Part shown: positions 42,869-52,552 of the stretch, in pieces
How positions within the stretch are numbered: position 1 is the first letter of the stretch
How the letters are laid out: each line of letters starts with the position of its first letter
Notes under the pieces: generated by a model
Seen by the model: the letters and a program-made list of their open reading frames with translations, nothing else
What the model was told of the DNA's origin: nothing
Database searches by the model: none
Assembly: GCA_963764625.1 (NCBI GenBank)
Contig: CAVXTH010000009.1
Location: 480,001-544,000 of the forward strand
Direction of reading: 5' to 3'
Origin: Candidatus Krumholzibacteriota bacterium
Lineage (GTDB): Bacteria > Krumholzibacteriota > Krumholzibacteriia > JAJRXK01
DNA length: 64,000 nt
Made by a program: the position numbers and the translations under genes

Positions 42869-43662
42869 ATGACGCTTCGCCTGAGCGATCTCAGCTTTTC
42901 CTATACCGAGGGCTTGCCCGTACTCTCGGGGCTTTCGCTCGAGCTCAGGCGCAAGGAGTTCGTGGCCTTGCTGGGCCCCAACGGGAGCGGGAAGAGCACG
43001 CTGCTTCGCCTGGCGTCCGGACTGCTGCCTCCGGGCCAAGGCAAAGTGGAGTGGGACGAGCGCGAGCTCTTCAGCTACTCGCGCCGCGAGCGCGCCCGCA
43101 AGATCGCATTTCTTCCCCAACAGGTGGAAAGCATCCACGTCCACACCGTGAGGGAAACCGTCGCACTCGGGCGTTATCCGTATCTGGGACCCTGGGGACG
43201 CCCACGCGAAATCGATCGGAAGGAAGTCGAGCTCGCCATGGAGCGCACCGAGGTCACCACGCTGGCCTCGCGTAACCTACGCGAGTTGAGCGGGGGGAAC
43301 GGCAGAGGGTCCATCTGGCGGCGGCGCTCGCGCAGGGAGGAGACCTTCTGCTTCTGGACGAACCGACCGTATCCCTCGATCTGCATCATCAAGTGCGGTT
43401 CATGTCGCTGCTCCAGGTCTTGGCCAGTGAGGGTCGAGCCGTGTTTTGCGCCACTCACGATTTGAATCTGGCCGCCGCGTTCGCGAGCCGCGTGGCGCTA
43501 CTGCACCGAGGCAGCTGCGTGGCCGAAGGAGACCCGGCCGATGTTTTGCAGGAGCAGCGTATCAAAGAGGTCTACGGCGAAGGTCTCTGGGTGGGCGCGC
43601 ATCCGGCCGGAGGGAAAGTCGCGGTCTTGCCCTCGATCCCGCGCGAAGGAGACGCGCGATGA
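42869..43662 (+). CDS. ABC ATPase (BtuD/FepC-like), apparent frameshift near 43292-43297
   Basis: GPNGSGKST, LSGG then a frame change in a G-run; THDLNLAA in the downstream frame. Confidence 0.85.
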
Positions 43663-44651
43663 AGCGCTTGCTGCTTCTGGCCCTCTTCTGCGTGGTGGTG
43701 TTGATCGCCGCCCCCTTTCTGGGGAGCACTTCGATCGACGTGCGGGGAGCGATTCACGATCTGTTGGAGGGCACGCGAAGTCCTCGGGCGCAGATTCTCC
43801 TCTTGCGCGCGCCTCGTATTCTGCTCGGTCTTCTGGCCGGAGGAAGCCTCGCCGTCGCCGGCGCCGTCTTTCAGACTCTCTTGCGTAACGACCTGGCCAC
43901 GCCCTATACCCTGGGCGTTTCCTTCGCCGGTGCGCTGGGGGCGTTTCTCGCGTTGAGCGTTCCCGGTCTCGCCTTTGCGCTCGGTCCGCTTTCGTCGGTC
44001 ACTCTGTTCGCGTTCCTGTTCGCGGTACTCGACGTCGCGGTGTTGTACTTTCTCTCGCGGCGAGGCCGGCAGCTCAACACCAACGAGTTGTTGTTGGCTG
44101 GAGTCACTCTCAACTTCTTCTTCGGCGCCGCCATCCTCTTGCTGCGTTTCTTGAGCGACCCGTTCCGTCTGCGCGCGATGGACCATTGGATGATGGGCGG
44201 ACTCGCAGTGGGGGGCGCGAGTGCGCTGTCACCCTTGCCGGTGGTGCTTCTCCCCGCCCTCGTCCTGGTGGCGGTGCAGGTGGGCGCGCTCGACCAACTC
44301 GCATTCGGAGAAGAACTCGCGGGCAGCCGTGGCGTCGACGTCGAATCCACCCAGAAGATTTGTCTTCTCTCCGCGTCCGCTCTCACCGCGGTCGTGGTGG
44401 CGGTGACCGGACCCATCGGTTTCATCGGGCTCTTGGCTCCCCACGCCGCCCGACGCGTGCTCGGTCCCGCTCATCGCACTTTTCTGGTGGGCTCCTTCTT
44501 GTTGGGGGGAGGATTTCTCGTGCTGGCCGATTCCATCACCCGCAGCATGACTCTGGCCGGCAGGGGTGCGGAGCTTCCGGTGGGTGTTTTGACCGCGATC
44601 GTGGGCGCGCCGGTGTTCCTGGCGCTGTTGTTGCGAGCGAAGCGCGCGTGA
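43659..44651 (+). CDS. ABC permease (BtuC/FecCD family)
   Basis: RAPRILL, FQTLLRNDLATPYTLGVS, GPIGFIGLLAPH, ELPVGVLTA. Confidence 0.9.
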   Translation: MKRLLLLALFCVVVLIAAPFLGSTSIDVRGAIHDLLEGTRSPRAQILLLRAPRILLGLLAGGSLAVAGAVFQTLLRNDLATPYTLGVSFAGALGAFLALSVPGLAFALGPLSSVTLFAFLFAVLDVAVLYFLSRRGRQLNTNELLLAGVTLNFFFGAAILLLRFLSDPFRLRAMDHWMMGGLAVGGASALSPLPVVLLPALVLVAVQVGALDQLAFGEELAGSRGVDVESTQKICLLSASALTAVVVAVTGPIGFIGLLAPHAARRVLGPAHRTFLVGSFLLGGGFLVLADSITRSMTLAGRGAELPVGVLTAIVGAPVFLALLLRAKRA

Positions 44652-44699
44652 GCATCATCGGCGCTGGTCGAGGCCGCCGACTGCGGCTAGAATGAACCC

Positions 44700-45302
44700 A
44701 TGGTCAAACTGAACCGAATCTACACGCGCACCGGCGACGACGGATCGACCGGACTCAGCGACGGAAGCCGCGTATTCAAGGATGACATCCGGATTGCGGC
44801 CTACGGTTGCGTGGACGAGCTCAACGCCACCATCGGCATCTGCATCGGCGCTTGCGGCGCAAACGACGAATCCGCACACACCGCTCTCCAGAGCATTCAG
44901 CACGATCTCTTCGATCTGGGCGCCGATCTCTCCACTCCGCAGAAGCCGGAGGAGGGAAAATCCCCGTCCCCGGACACCGCCGCGCTGCGCATTGTACCCG
45001 AGCAAGTGAAACGGCTGGAAAAGCTCATCGACGCCGCTAACGAAAACCTGGCTCCGCTGAACAGTTTCGTTCTTCCCGGCGGTTCCTCACTGAGTCAATT
45101 TTTGCACCTGGCGCGTACGGTGTGCCGCCGCGCGGAACGCAAGACGGTGGCGCTCAGCCGCAAGGCGAAGGTCAATCCTCACGCCCTGCGGTACCTGAAT
45201 CGACTCAGCGATTTTCTCTTCGTCGCCTCTCGCATCGCCAACCACAACGGCGCGAAAGACGTGCTCTGGCAACCCGGTCACACCCGGGATCGAGAGTCGT
45301 GA
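44700..45302 (+). CDS. pduO: ATP:cob(I)alamin adenosyltransferase, PduO type
   Basis: IYTRTGDDGSTGL, AYGCVDELNA, FVLPGG, RTVCRRAER, YLNRLSD. Confidence 0.92.
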   Translation: MVKLNRIYTRTGDDGSTGLSDGSRVFKDDIRIAAYGCVDELNATIGICIGACGANDESAHTALQSIQHDLFDLGADLSTPQKPEEGKSPSPDTAALRIVPEQVKRLEKLIDAANENLAPLNSFVLPGGSSLSQFLHLARTVCRRAERKTVALSRKAKVNPHALRYLNRLSDFLFVASRIANHNGAKDVLWQPGHTRDRES

Positions 45303-45307
45303 ACTTC

Positions 45308-46453
45308 ATGGACCGCCCCGTTCCCTTTTTCGATCTAAAGGCCCTGCTGGCTGCGCAGGGGAACGAGCTGCGCGCGGCGCTCCTGGAGGTTCTCGATTCC
45401 GGACGCTTTATCGGTGGCCCCAAGGTGCAAGAGCTCGAGAAGACCCTGGCGGAATTCGTCGGAGTCGAGCATGCCATCGCCTGCGCCTCGGGCACCGCTG
45501 CCGAGCAATTGCTTCTGATGGCTCTGGGTATCGGACCCGGGGATGAAGTGTTGGTCCCCGATTTCACTTTCGCCGCCACCGCCGAGGCGGTTCGCTTGGT
45601 GGGGGCCAGCCCCGTGTTTGTCGATGTCACGCCCGATAGCTTCACCATGGATCCCCAGGCGGCCCGGGCGGCCCTCAGCGAGAGGGTGAAGGCGATCGTC
45701 GCGGTGAGTCTCTTCGGACACCCGGCCCATCTGCTTGAACTGGAAGAACTCTGCCGCGAGCACGGGATTGCCCTGCTCGAGGACGCGTGCCAGAGTTTCG
45801 GCGCCGAAGTGGACGGCCGCGGCAGCGGCTCCTTCGGCCGTGCTGGTTTCACTTCCTTCTATCCGGCGAAGCCGCTGGGTGGTCTGGGCGACGGTGGGAT
45901 GATCTTCTGTAAGGACGATCAACTCGCCGCGCTTCTTCGGCGTTTGCGGCAACACGGCGAAGTCGGCCACCACCTCCACCAGGAGCTGGGCACCAACGCG
46001 CGACTCGACGCACTCCAGTGCGCGGCGCTTCTGGTGCGCGCGCGCGCATTCCCCGAGGAACTGAAAATGCGTCAGCGCATCGCGGAACTCTACCACGAGG
46101 CGCTTCGAGGGACGGTAGAGCTTCCTCAACTACGCGAGGGCTGCCGCTCTTCGTGGGCGCAGTACACCGTTCGACTTCCCGATGAAGCGCAGCGCGAGAC
46201 TTTTTGCCGTGAGCTGGCCGAGGAGGGGGTGCCCACCGTGGTGCACTATCCTCAGCCTCTACACACCCAGCGAGCATTCGCGGGCCCGAGTTCCCGAACT
46301 TCAAAGACGCCGGTGACGGAGACCCTCTGCCGCCAGGTCGTCTCGCTCCCGTTCTCGGCGTACATGGATCCAGCGGACCAAGAGCGCGTGATCTTGGCCA
46401 TTCAGTCCTGGGCTCAGCGGCGCGATTCCGCGGCGGCCGGCACTCGCGCTTGA
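45308..46453 (+). CDS. DegT/DnrJ/EryC1/StrS aminotransferase
   Basis: SGRFIGGP, EDACQSFGA, SFYPAKPLGGLGDGG, NARLDALQ. Confidence 0.92.
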   Translation: MDRPVPFFDLKALLAAQGNELRAALLEVLDSGRFIGGPKVQELEKTLAEFVGVEHAIACASGTAAEQLLLMALGIGPGDEVLVPDFTFAATAEAVRLVGASPVFVDVTPDSFTMDPQAARAALSERVKAIVAVSLFGHPAHLLELEELCREHGIALLEDACQSFGAEVDGRGSGSFGRAGFTSFYPAKPLGGLGDGGMIFCKDDQLAALLRRLRQHGEVGHHLHQELGTNARLDALQCAALLVRARAFPEELKMRQRIAELYHEALRGTVELPQLREGCRSSWAQYTVRLPDEAQRETFCRELAEEGVPTVVHYPQPLHTQRAFAGPSSRTSKTPVTETLCRQVVSLPFSAYMDPADQERVILAIQSWAQRRDSAAAGTRA

Positions 46454-46471
46454 GAGGATGGCGGTGACTGT

Positions 46472-49252
46472 ATGAAGGCTTGCAGGGCAAGCGGGTGTGA
46501 GTGGGTGAGGACGGCAGTCCTTATAATCGGACTGATCCTTCTCGTGGCTTTCAGAGCCAAGTACGCGGACGCGGCTGTGGCTGACGAAGAGGGCACGACG
46601 AGTTCCTGGGTTGCGGGGGCGGACTACGATCCTGCCGTACCGGCCCCCTCTTCCGTTTTGGGATTTGCGCTGGGGGAACGACCGGCCCCGGTCGATGCGC
46701 TCGTTGCCTACGCCCGCCTCCTGGCGAAGACGAGCGATCGGGTGAGCCTGCAGGAGATCGGCCACAGCGTGGAGGGCGTTCCCCTGTTGCTCTTGGCAAT
46801 CACCGATCCTTCGCAGCAAGCAGGAATGGAGGAGTCTCGTCGCGCGCTGCTTGACGCCCCGAATTCGCAGGGGAAGGCGGCAAGTGTGCCGCCTCTGCCC
46901 GCGGTGTGGATCGCCTGCAGCATTCACGGAGACGAGGCCAGTGGCTCCGACGCGGGAATGTTCTTGGCCTATCACCTGGCGGCCGATCGCAGCGAACAGA
47001 CGAAGACCCTGCTGAAGAAAATCCTCGTTCTCATCGACCCATGTCAAAACCCCGATGGACGACGGCGCTTCTTGGAGCACCTCCGCGCCTTCACGCGCCA
47101 AGCCGGCGGACCCGATCCCTATCCCCTTGCCATCGAACACACCCAGTTCTGGCCGGGCGGCCGCTACAACCACAACCTCTTCGACCTCAACCGGGACTGG
47201 GCCTTTCTCACGCAGCCTGAGACCCGGGCAAGGGTAGCGGCCTTCTTGCGCTTTGTGCCGCAGGTGTTCGTGGATCTGCACGAAATGGGTCCGTCCTCCA
47301 GCTATTTCTTTCCGCCCTCGGCCAAGCCGCACAATCCACTGCTTCCCGAGGAACTCCAGTCGTGGCTGGATGATTTCGGCAAAGCGAACGCGGCGGCCTT
47401 CGATGCCGCCGGGATGGATTACTTCGTGCGGGAGGAGTTCGATCTCTTCTACCCCGGGTACGGCGATTCGTGGCCGTGCCTTCAGGGCGCGATCGGGATG
47501 ACCTACGAACAGGCCACCACGCGCGGATTGTGCATCACGCCCGAAGGCAAGGCGACACGGAACTACGAAGACGCGGTCCACAACCACTTTCTCGCGGCTC
47601 TGACCACCTGCGTGGAGAGCGCCGCCAAGGGCAAGCAGCTCCTGGAGTATTCGCGCCGCTTCCGCCAGGAGGCCTTGCGCGAGGCGCACAAGCGCGATGT
47701 AAAGGAGATTATCTTCGACGCGAGCGAGCATCCGGCGGAAGCTAAACGATTGGCGTGGATATTGAGCACGCAAGGGGCGGAGGTTCTGCGCAGCAACACG
47801 GGCTTTGGGGCCGAGGTCTCGACACCGCAGAGCGGGGAGGAAGACAAGCGAGAGTTTCCCGCCGGCAGCTACCGCGTCGTGCTCGAGCAGCCGGCGTATC
47901 CGTTGCTTGCCAATTTGCTCGGCCCGGAGCAGCAGCTGGACGAGGATTTCTTGCAAGAAGAAGCCAGGCGTCACGAAGCGGGGCTTCGCAATCGCTTCTA
48001 CGATGTGACGGCTTGGAGCCTTCCTCTCGCGTTTGGTTTGACGAGCTATTACAGCTCCAAGAGTCTCCGCGTGGCCAGCGAGCGGGTAGACCCTCAGGCT
48101 CCTCCCAAGGTGGCGAAGCTCGATTCCACGGCGGCTTCGTACGGCTACCTGATTCCTTACCGCGACGACGCGGCACTCGTCGCCCTGACTTCACTCTGGC
48201 GCGGGGGCGCCCAGGTTTACCTGGCGCGCGATGCACTGCGCCAGGGCGGCGAAGACTTCCCTTCGGGAAGCTTTGTCCTCAAACGTTCGGCCCAGCCAAC
48301 TGGCCTCGACCTGGATTCTCTGCTCACCGAGGTGGTGTCTTCGACTGGGGTGCGCGCCGTTCCCACCGCGAGCGCATGGAGCGACGAAGGTCCTTCTCTG
48401 GGAAGTGATCGAGTCGTGCGGCTGCACCCGCCGCGCATCGTGGTCGCGACCGGACCTGGCGTGCGACCAACTGGCGTGGGCAGCTTGTTGTGGAGTTTGC
48501 AAGAGCACCTCGGGGTCGACTGCTCGGCGGTTCTCCTCGATCGGCTGGACGACGTGCGCCTGCGTGAGGTCGACGTCATCGTCTTGCCCGACATGGAGAA
48601 GCAGATGCCAGAGCTTCCACTGGAAGAACTTCGCAGCTGGGTCGACCAGGGCGGAACCCTGGTGGCCCTGGGCCGGGCCTGCGAAAAACTCATGGAGCTA
48701 CCCGATTGGCTGGAGGCCTCGCTCGTCTCCGATGCGAAGGCCGAAGAAAGCGGTGGCGCCGCGGCCGATCCGCGGAGTGGAACGCCGGGGCCGCCCCCGC
48801 CTGCGCTCTCGGACGAGGCGAACTGGCCCGAGGGGGCCCGCAACCCCACGAGCCGCACTTCCCCCCGCTCCCGCCACGACAGCGCTCATCCATTCAGCCA
48901 ACCCTCGCCCACTCCGGGGGCGATTTTCCGGCTCCAGCTCGCTCCCTATCACTTTCTCCGTTATGGCTCTGAGGCCCCTCTCTTCGCCCTGGTTCGCAGC
49001 GACCGCATGCTCCAGGCGGGCGAGGACGACCTGGTTTGTGCGTTCTACGCCGACCACGAACCCCGCGTGGCCGGCTTCGCCTGGCCCGAGATGACCGAAA
49101 GTCTGGCGGGACGTCCCTATGCGCTGTGCGAGGCGCACGAAAAGGGCAAGATCATCCTTTTCGCTGAGGACCCCACCTTTCGGGGAATCTGGCCGCTCAC
49201 GACGCGCCTGCTCGTGAACGCCATCCTACTGGGTCCCGCCCTGCCCCGTTAA
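46472..49252 (+). CDS. M14 zinc carboxypeptidase-family protein
   Basis: SIHGDE, NPDG, GGRYNHNLFDLNRDW, DLHEMG. Confidence 0.9.
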   Translation: MKACRASGCEWVRTAVLIIGLILLVAFRAKYADAAVADEEGTTSSWVAGADYDPAVPAPSSVLGFALGERPAPVDALVAYARLLAKTSDRVSLQEIGHSVEGVPLLLLAITDPSQQAGMEESRRALLDAPNSQGKAASVPPLPAVWIACSIHGDEASGSDAGMFLAYHLAADRSEQTKTLLKKILVLIDPCQNPDGRRRFLEHLRAFTRQAGGPDPYPLAIEHTQFWPGGRYNHNLFDLNRDWAFLTQPETRARVAAFLRFVPQVFVDLHEMGPSSSYFFPPSAKPHNPLLPEELQSWLDDFGKANAAAFDAAGMDYFVREEFDLFYPGYGDSWPCLQGAIGMTYEQATTRGLCITPEGKATRNYEDAVHNHFLAALTTCVESAAKGKQLLEYSRRFRQEALREAHKRDVKEIIFDASEHPAEAKRLAWILSTQGAEVLRSNTGFGAEVSTPQSGEEDKREFPAGSYRVVLEQPAYPLLANLLGPEQQLDEDFLQEEARRHEAGLRNRFYDVTAWSLPLAFGLTSYYSSKSLRVASERVDPQAPPKVAKLDSTAASYGYLIPYRDDAALVALTSLWRGGAQVYLARDALRQGGEDFPSGSFVLKRSAQPTGLDLDSLLTEVVSSTGVRAVPTASAWSDEGPSLGSDRVVRLHPPRIVVATGPGVRPTGVGSLLWSLQEHLGVDCSAVLLDRLDDVRLREVDVIVLPDMEKQMPELPLEELRSWVDQGGTLVALGRACEKLMELPDWLEASLVSDAKAEESGGAAADPRSGTPGPPPPALSDEANWPEGARNPTSRTSPRSRHDSAHPFSQPSPTPGAIFRLQLAPYHFLRYGSEAPLFALVRSDRMLQAGEDDLVCAFYADHEPRVAGFAWPEMTESLAGRPYALCEAHEKGKIILFAEDPTFRGIWPLTTRLLVNAILLGPALPR

Positions 49253-49899
49253 GCGCGCCGCGAAAGCCGGTTCGCGTCTTTACGACCTCGCTTGGGTAGA
49301 ATCATTCCATTCTGGAGAAGCCATTGCGTTGGGGCTGAGATTGGGTTCTCTTAGTAACGGAACCGGGGGGAACCCGGCTCCACGGGAAGACCGCTCCCGG
49401 CCGATCTCGGAAACCGCGGTCCAGAATTTCGCGACCACGTGCGGGCCGGACCGGTTTGTGGCGCTTGGAGATGCGACTGACACACGGGCGCCGTCGGTGC
49501 ATCTCGGTTAGGAATCACTCGCAGGGCGTGGCGAGGGTTCTCATTTACGTCGCAAGCGCTTGGTATTCCTCATGAGGTACTGGGACCAATCCTCATGATC
49601 AAAGGGCTCCAAGTTCGGTACGGCCCGCGCAACTTCTTCACCCCCCTGTGCGCTTCATCCTGCCTCGGCTCCCACCGGTAGCGCAACTCGAGCATGAACG
49701 GGCAGGGGGGTGTTCTTCGAACTGCAATGAAACTGCGTGGATTCTGGGCGGGGCGAGCGGAGCTTGCCTCGCCTTTTGCTGCTCGCTTCCTGGGCCAGAG
49801 CCGATTATCCTCCGAATCGAGCGCGAACCGCGCGCGCGAATCGCTCCCTTTTATTCCAAGGAAGCGGTTTGCGAGTTCGGACCTAGGAAGGAGAAGATC

Positions 49900-50376
49900 G
49901 TGGAATTCGTGAGCATTGCCGACGACGTGGTGTTGGGTAAGGACGTGAAAATCTATCGCTTCGTGAATCTCTACGGATGCCAGATCGGGGACGAATGTCG
50001 AATCGGCACCTTCGTGGAAATCCAGAAGGGCGCCGTGATCGGTCGTTACTGCAAGATCAGTAGCCATACCTTCATTTGCGAAGGGGTTCGAATCGGGGAG
50101 GGCTGCTTCATCGGACACGGGGTCGTGTTCATCAACGATCTTCATCCGCGCGCCGTCACCCCCAGCGGCAAGCCTGAGAAGGAAAAGGACTGGGCGGATC
50201 GCTTCGTTCCCACCGAGATCGGCGATCAGGTTTCGATCGGATCGGGTGCCATCATCATGGGTGGGGTGCGCGTGGGAACCGGCGCCGTCATCGGAGCCGG
50301 AGCGGTGGTAACTCGTGACGTGGCGCCGAAAGAGGTCGTCGCAGGGGTTCCCGCGCGGGTGCTGTATCACCTGTAG
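49900..50376 (+). CDS. Hexapeptide-repeat N-acetyltransferase (WbpD/FdtC-like)
   Basis: FVNLYGCQIGDECRIGTFVEIQK, FICEGV, VAGVPAR; RBS AGGAG before GTG 49900. Confidence 0.9.
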   Translation: MEFVSIADDVVLGKDVKIYRFVNLYGCQIGDECRIGTFVEIQKGAVIGRYCKISSHTFICEGVRIGEGCFIGHGVVFINDLHPRAVTPSGKPEKEKDWADRFVPTEIGDQVSIGSGAIIMGGVRVGTGAVIGAGAVVTRDVAPKEVVAGVPARVLYHL

Positions 50377-50465
50377 ACTCCGCTTGAGGCTCGAGCGGCA
50401 CCATTCTTGAAACAGCATGCTTCTCGAGAGCGGTCTCGTCGTGGGGACGGGCGCTTTCCTATCGC

Positions 50466-51482
50466 ATGCGCACTGGCTTTCTCGTCACCCTCCCCGAGCA
50501 GCTCGAGTGTTTCGAGCCCATCCTGCGGCGTAGCCCTGGATCTTCCATCCTCGTGCCACAGGGCCTGTGGCCTTCTCCTCACCTCAATTCAAGGGACGAG
50601 CTGCTCCGGCTCACGCGGCAGCGCGGCCTGACCCCCGCCACCGAGCCCCAAAGGGAATTCGACCTGGTGGTGAGCCACGGGGAGCTTCCCGAGTCGAGTC
50701 TACGGGCCTGGCTGCGAGACCGGGGCACCCTGGTGCAGTGGCGCGGTCCCGGCGACCAGGGACGGCTCTCCTGGGCCACCCTGGCGCTTCTTTCCGGTCC
50801 CCGGTTGCACGAAGACGACCCTTTCTCGGCGAGCGAGATCGTCGGCGACCCGCAGTTGGACACGGCACTGCAGGTCGGTGCGCGGAGTCGCGCTCGAAGC
50901 TTCCTCGGACTCTCGACCGACCTTGGACGGCCCCTGTTCGTGCTGCGCGCGGAAGCGCAGTGCGGAGGCTTGAAGACTCTGGCCCCTGCTCTGGCGCGGC
51001 TGCGCCTCGACGCGGATTTGGTCTTGAGCTGCAGCAGTCTGCGTCGGCTCGACGATCCGAAGCCCTTCGACCGCGTCTTGAGTGGTCCGGGAATTTTGGT
51101 GGCGGGGGAGAAAATCGCGACAGCGGATCTGTTGGCCGCGGCGGATCTCGTCTTGGCCGAACCGGGGGAATTCTTGCTCCGCGCCGCTGCTCTGGGGCGG
51201 GTGAGTCTCGGTCTGGGTTCCTGGAACCTGAAGCGGAGTCTCGGCGGCAGGGGAACTCCGTTGGATGTCGCCTTAGCTGAATTCGAGTGGGTGGATGATA
51301 GTGATCGACTCTCCCGGGCGTTGGCTTGGGCTCAGGAGGATCCCCGCGCTCTCATGGTCTCCGCGTCCAAGGTTGCCCGAGGACTGCTGGGTCCGGTCGA
51401 TGGAAACTCGGTACGGCGCGCGGTCGAGGCGCTCAAGCTTTGGGGACCGCAGTGCGGAGCGCTCGAAGAGCAGTTCAGTTAA
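50466..51482 (+). CDS. Hypothetical protein, possibly GT-B/CDP-glycerol glycerophosphotransferase-like
   Basis: VGDPQLD, DLLAAADLVL, DGNSVRRAVEAL are weak motif matches. Confidence 0.45.
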   Translation: MRTGFLVTLPEQLECFEPILRRSPGSSILVPQGLWPSPHLNSRDELLRLTRQRGLTPATEPQREFDLVVSHGELPESSLRAWLRDRGTLVQWRGPGDQGRLSWATLALLSGPRLHEDDPFSASEIVGDPQLDTALQVGARSRARSFLGLSTDLGRPLFVLRAEAQCGGLKTLAPALARLRLDADLVLSCSSLRRLDDPKPFDRVLSGPGILVAGEKIATADLLAAADLVLAEPGEFLLRAAALGRVSLGLGSWNLKRSLGGRGTPLDVALAEFEWVDDSDRLSRALAWAQEDPRALMVSASKVARGLLGPVDGNSVRRAVEALKLWGPQCGALEEQFS

Positions 51483-51491
51483 ACGCTTGAT

Positions 51492-52334
51492 TCACTCTTT
51501 TTCCTGCATGGCCGCCGTCTGCCGCCCAAAGAGTCTCGGAGCGGTCGCCACGCGGGCGTAGCCCGGCTGGTGCTGGCAGGAATTCACCGCCAGAGGAGCG
51601 AGCACAAACCCTAGCGTTTCGATGCAGAGCTGCGCATGGGGGGAGGCGGCGGTCTCTTCGGTCAACACGAAGCCGGAGCATCCGGCGTGGGCGAACTCGC
51701 TGATCCATTCCAGTTGCGAAATCTTGGGCATTCTAGAATTCATCATGGTGCTCAAAATGCCGCCCGAGAGCAGAAGTGGACGGTATTGGCGCGCGCACGC
51801 CACGAGCGCGCGTTCGATCTGCCGATTCGCCCGGTCCTCACCCATTTCCCTCAGGTAATCTCCGTACGGCAGAACCAGGGCATCGCTGGCGGCGATGATC
51901 GATTCGAACTCCGCATCACCGAGCTCGTCGGGGCAGGGGAGAGAGCACGCAAGCTGGATGGAAGGCAGCAAGAGCTCACGCGCGTGGAAGATTTCCGTGG
52001 TTCCCCGCACACCGTTGAGTGAGACCCATTCGAAACTCTCGGCTGACGCGTAAATCAAGAACTCGCTCGTGGTCAAGAGGCTCGTGCGCCGGTGGTTGGA
52101 GGGACCCGGGAGGTCCAGGAGCGCGGGACAGGAATACGAAGCGCGCACGCGTGAAAAATCGGCGAGGCTTCCGTGGGCGGCGTCGAGCCGAATGAGATCG
52201 ACTCCCTGAAGCTGGGGGGTGGTGGGAGTCACGGTCGCGATGATCGAGGGCCTTATTCTCTTCTCCTGCCTGCGGGGTCGCACGGTCGCCATCCTCCCCG
52301 GTCCATCCATTCTCGCAGCAGCTCGATACAGCAT
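51492..52334 (-). CDS. Divergent pyruvate-kinase-like barrel protein
   Basis: IIATV, GVDLIRLDAAHGS, LLDLPGP, ILSTMMNS.MP, FVLTEETA..PH. Confidence 0.55.
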   Translation of the reverse strand: MLYRAAARMDGPGRMATVRPRRQEKRIRPSIIATVTPTTPQLQGVDLIRLDAAHGSLADFSRVRASYSCPALLDLPGPSNHRRTSLLTTSEFLIYASAESFEWVSLNGVRGTTEIFHARELLLPSIQLACSLPCPDELGDAEFESIIAASDALVLPYGDYLREMGEDRANRQIERALVACARQYRPLLLSGGILSTMMNSRMPKISQLEWISEFAHAGCSGFVLTEETAASPHAQLCIETLGFVLAPLAVNSCQHQPGYARVATAPRLFGRQTAAMQEKE

Positions 52335-52552
52335 CGCCTCTCACCCCTGGTTGAACGACTGGCCCGGGACACATCCACCCCCTCATGGAGAGTGGATGGC
52401 GAGGGAAGTCCCGGGCACTACGCTGCACAGCAAGGCTGATGCCGGGGTCAGAGGGAGGGGCTACGAGGCGGAACTCGGCCCGCGAAATGGGGGAGAGGCT
52501 CGGCTCCGGCGGCAGAAGTGGATGACACCGATCCAGCCCGATTTGAGGCCGG

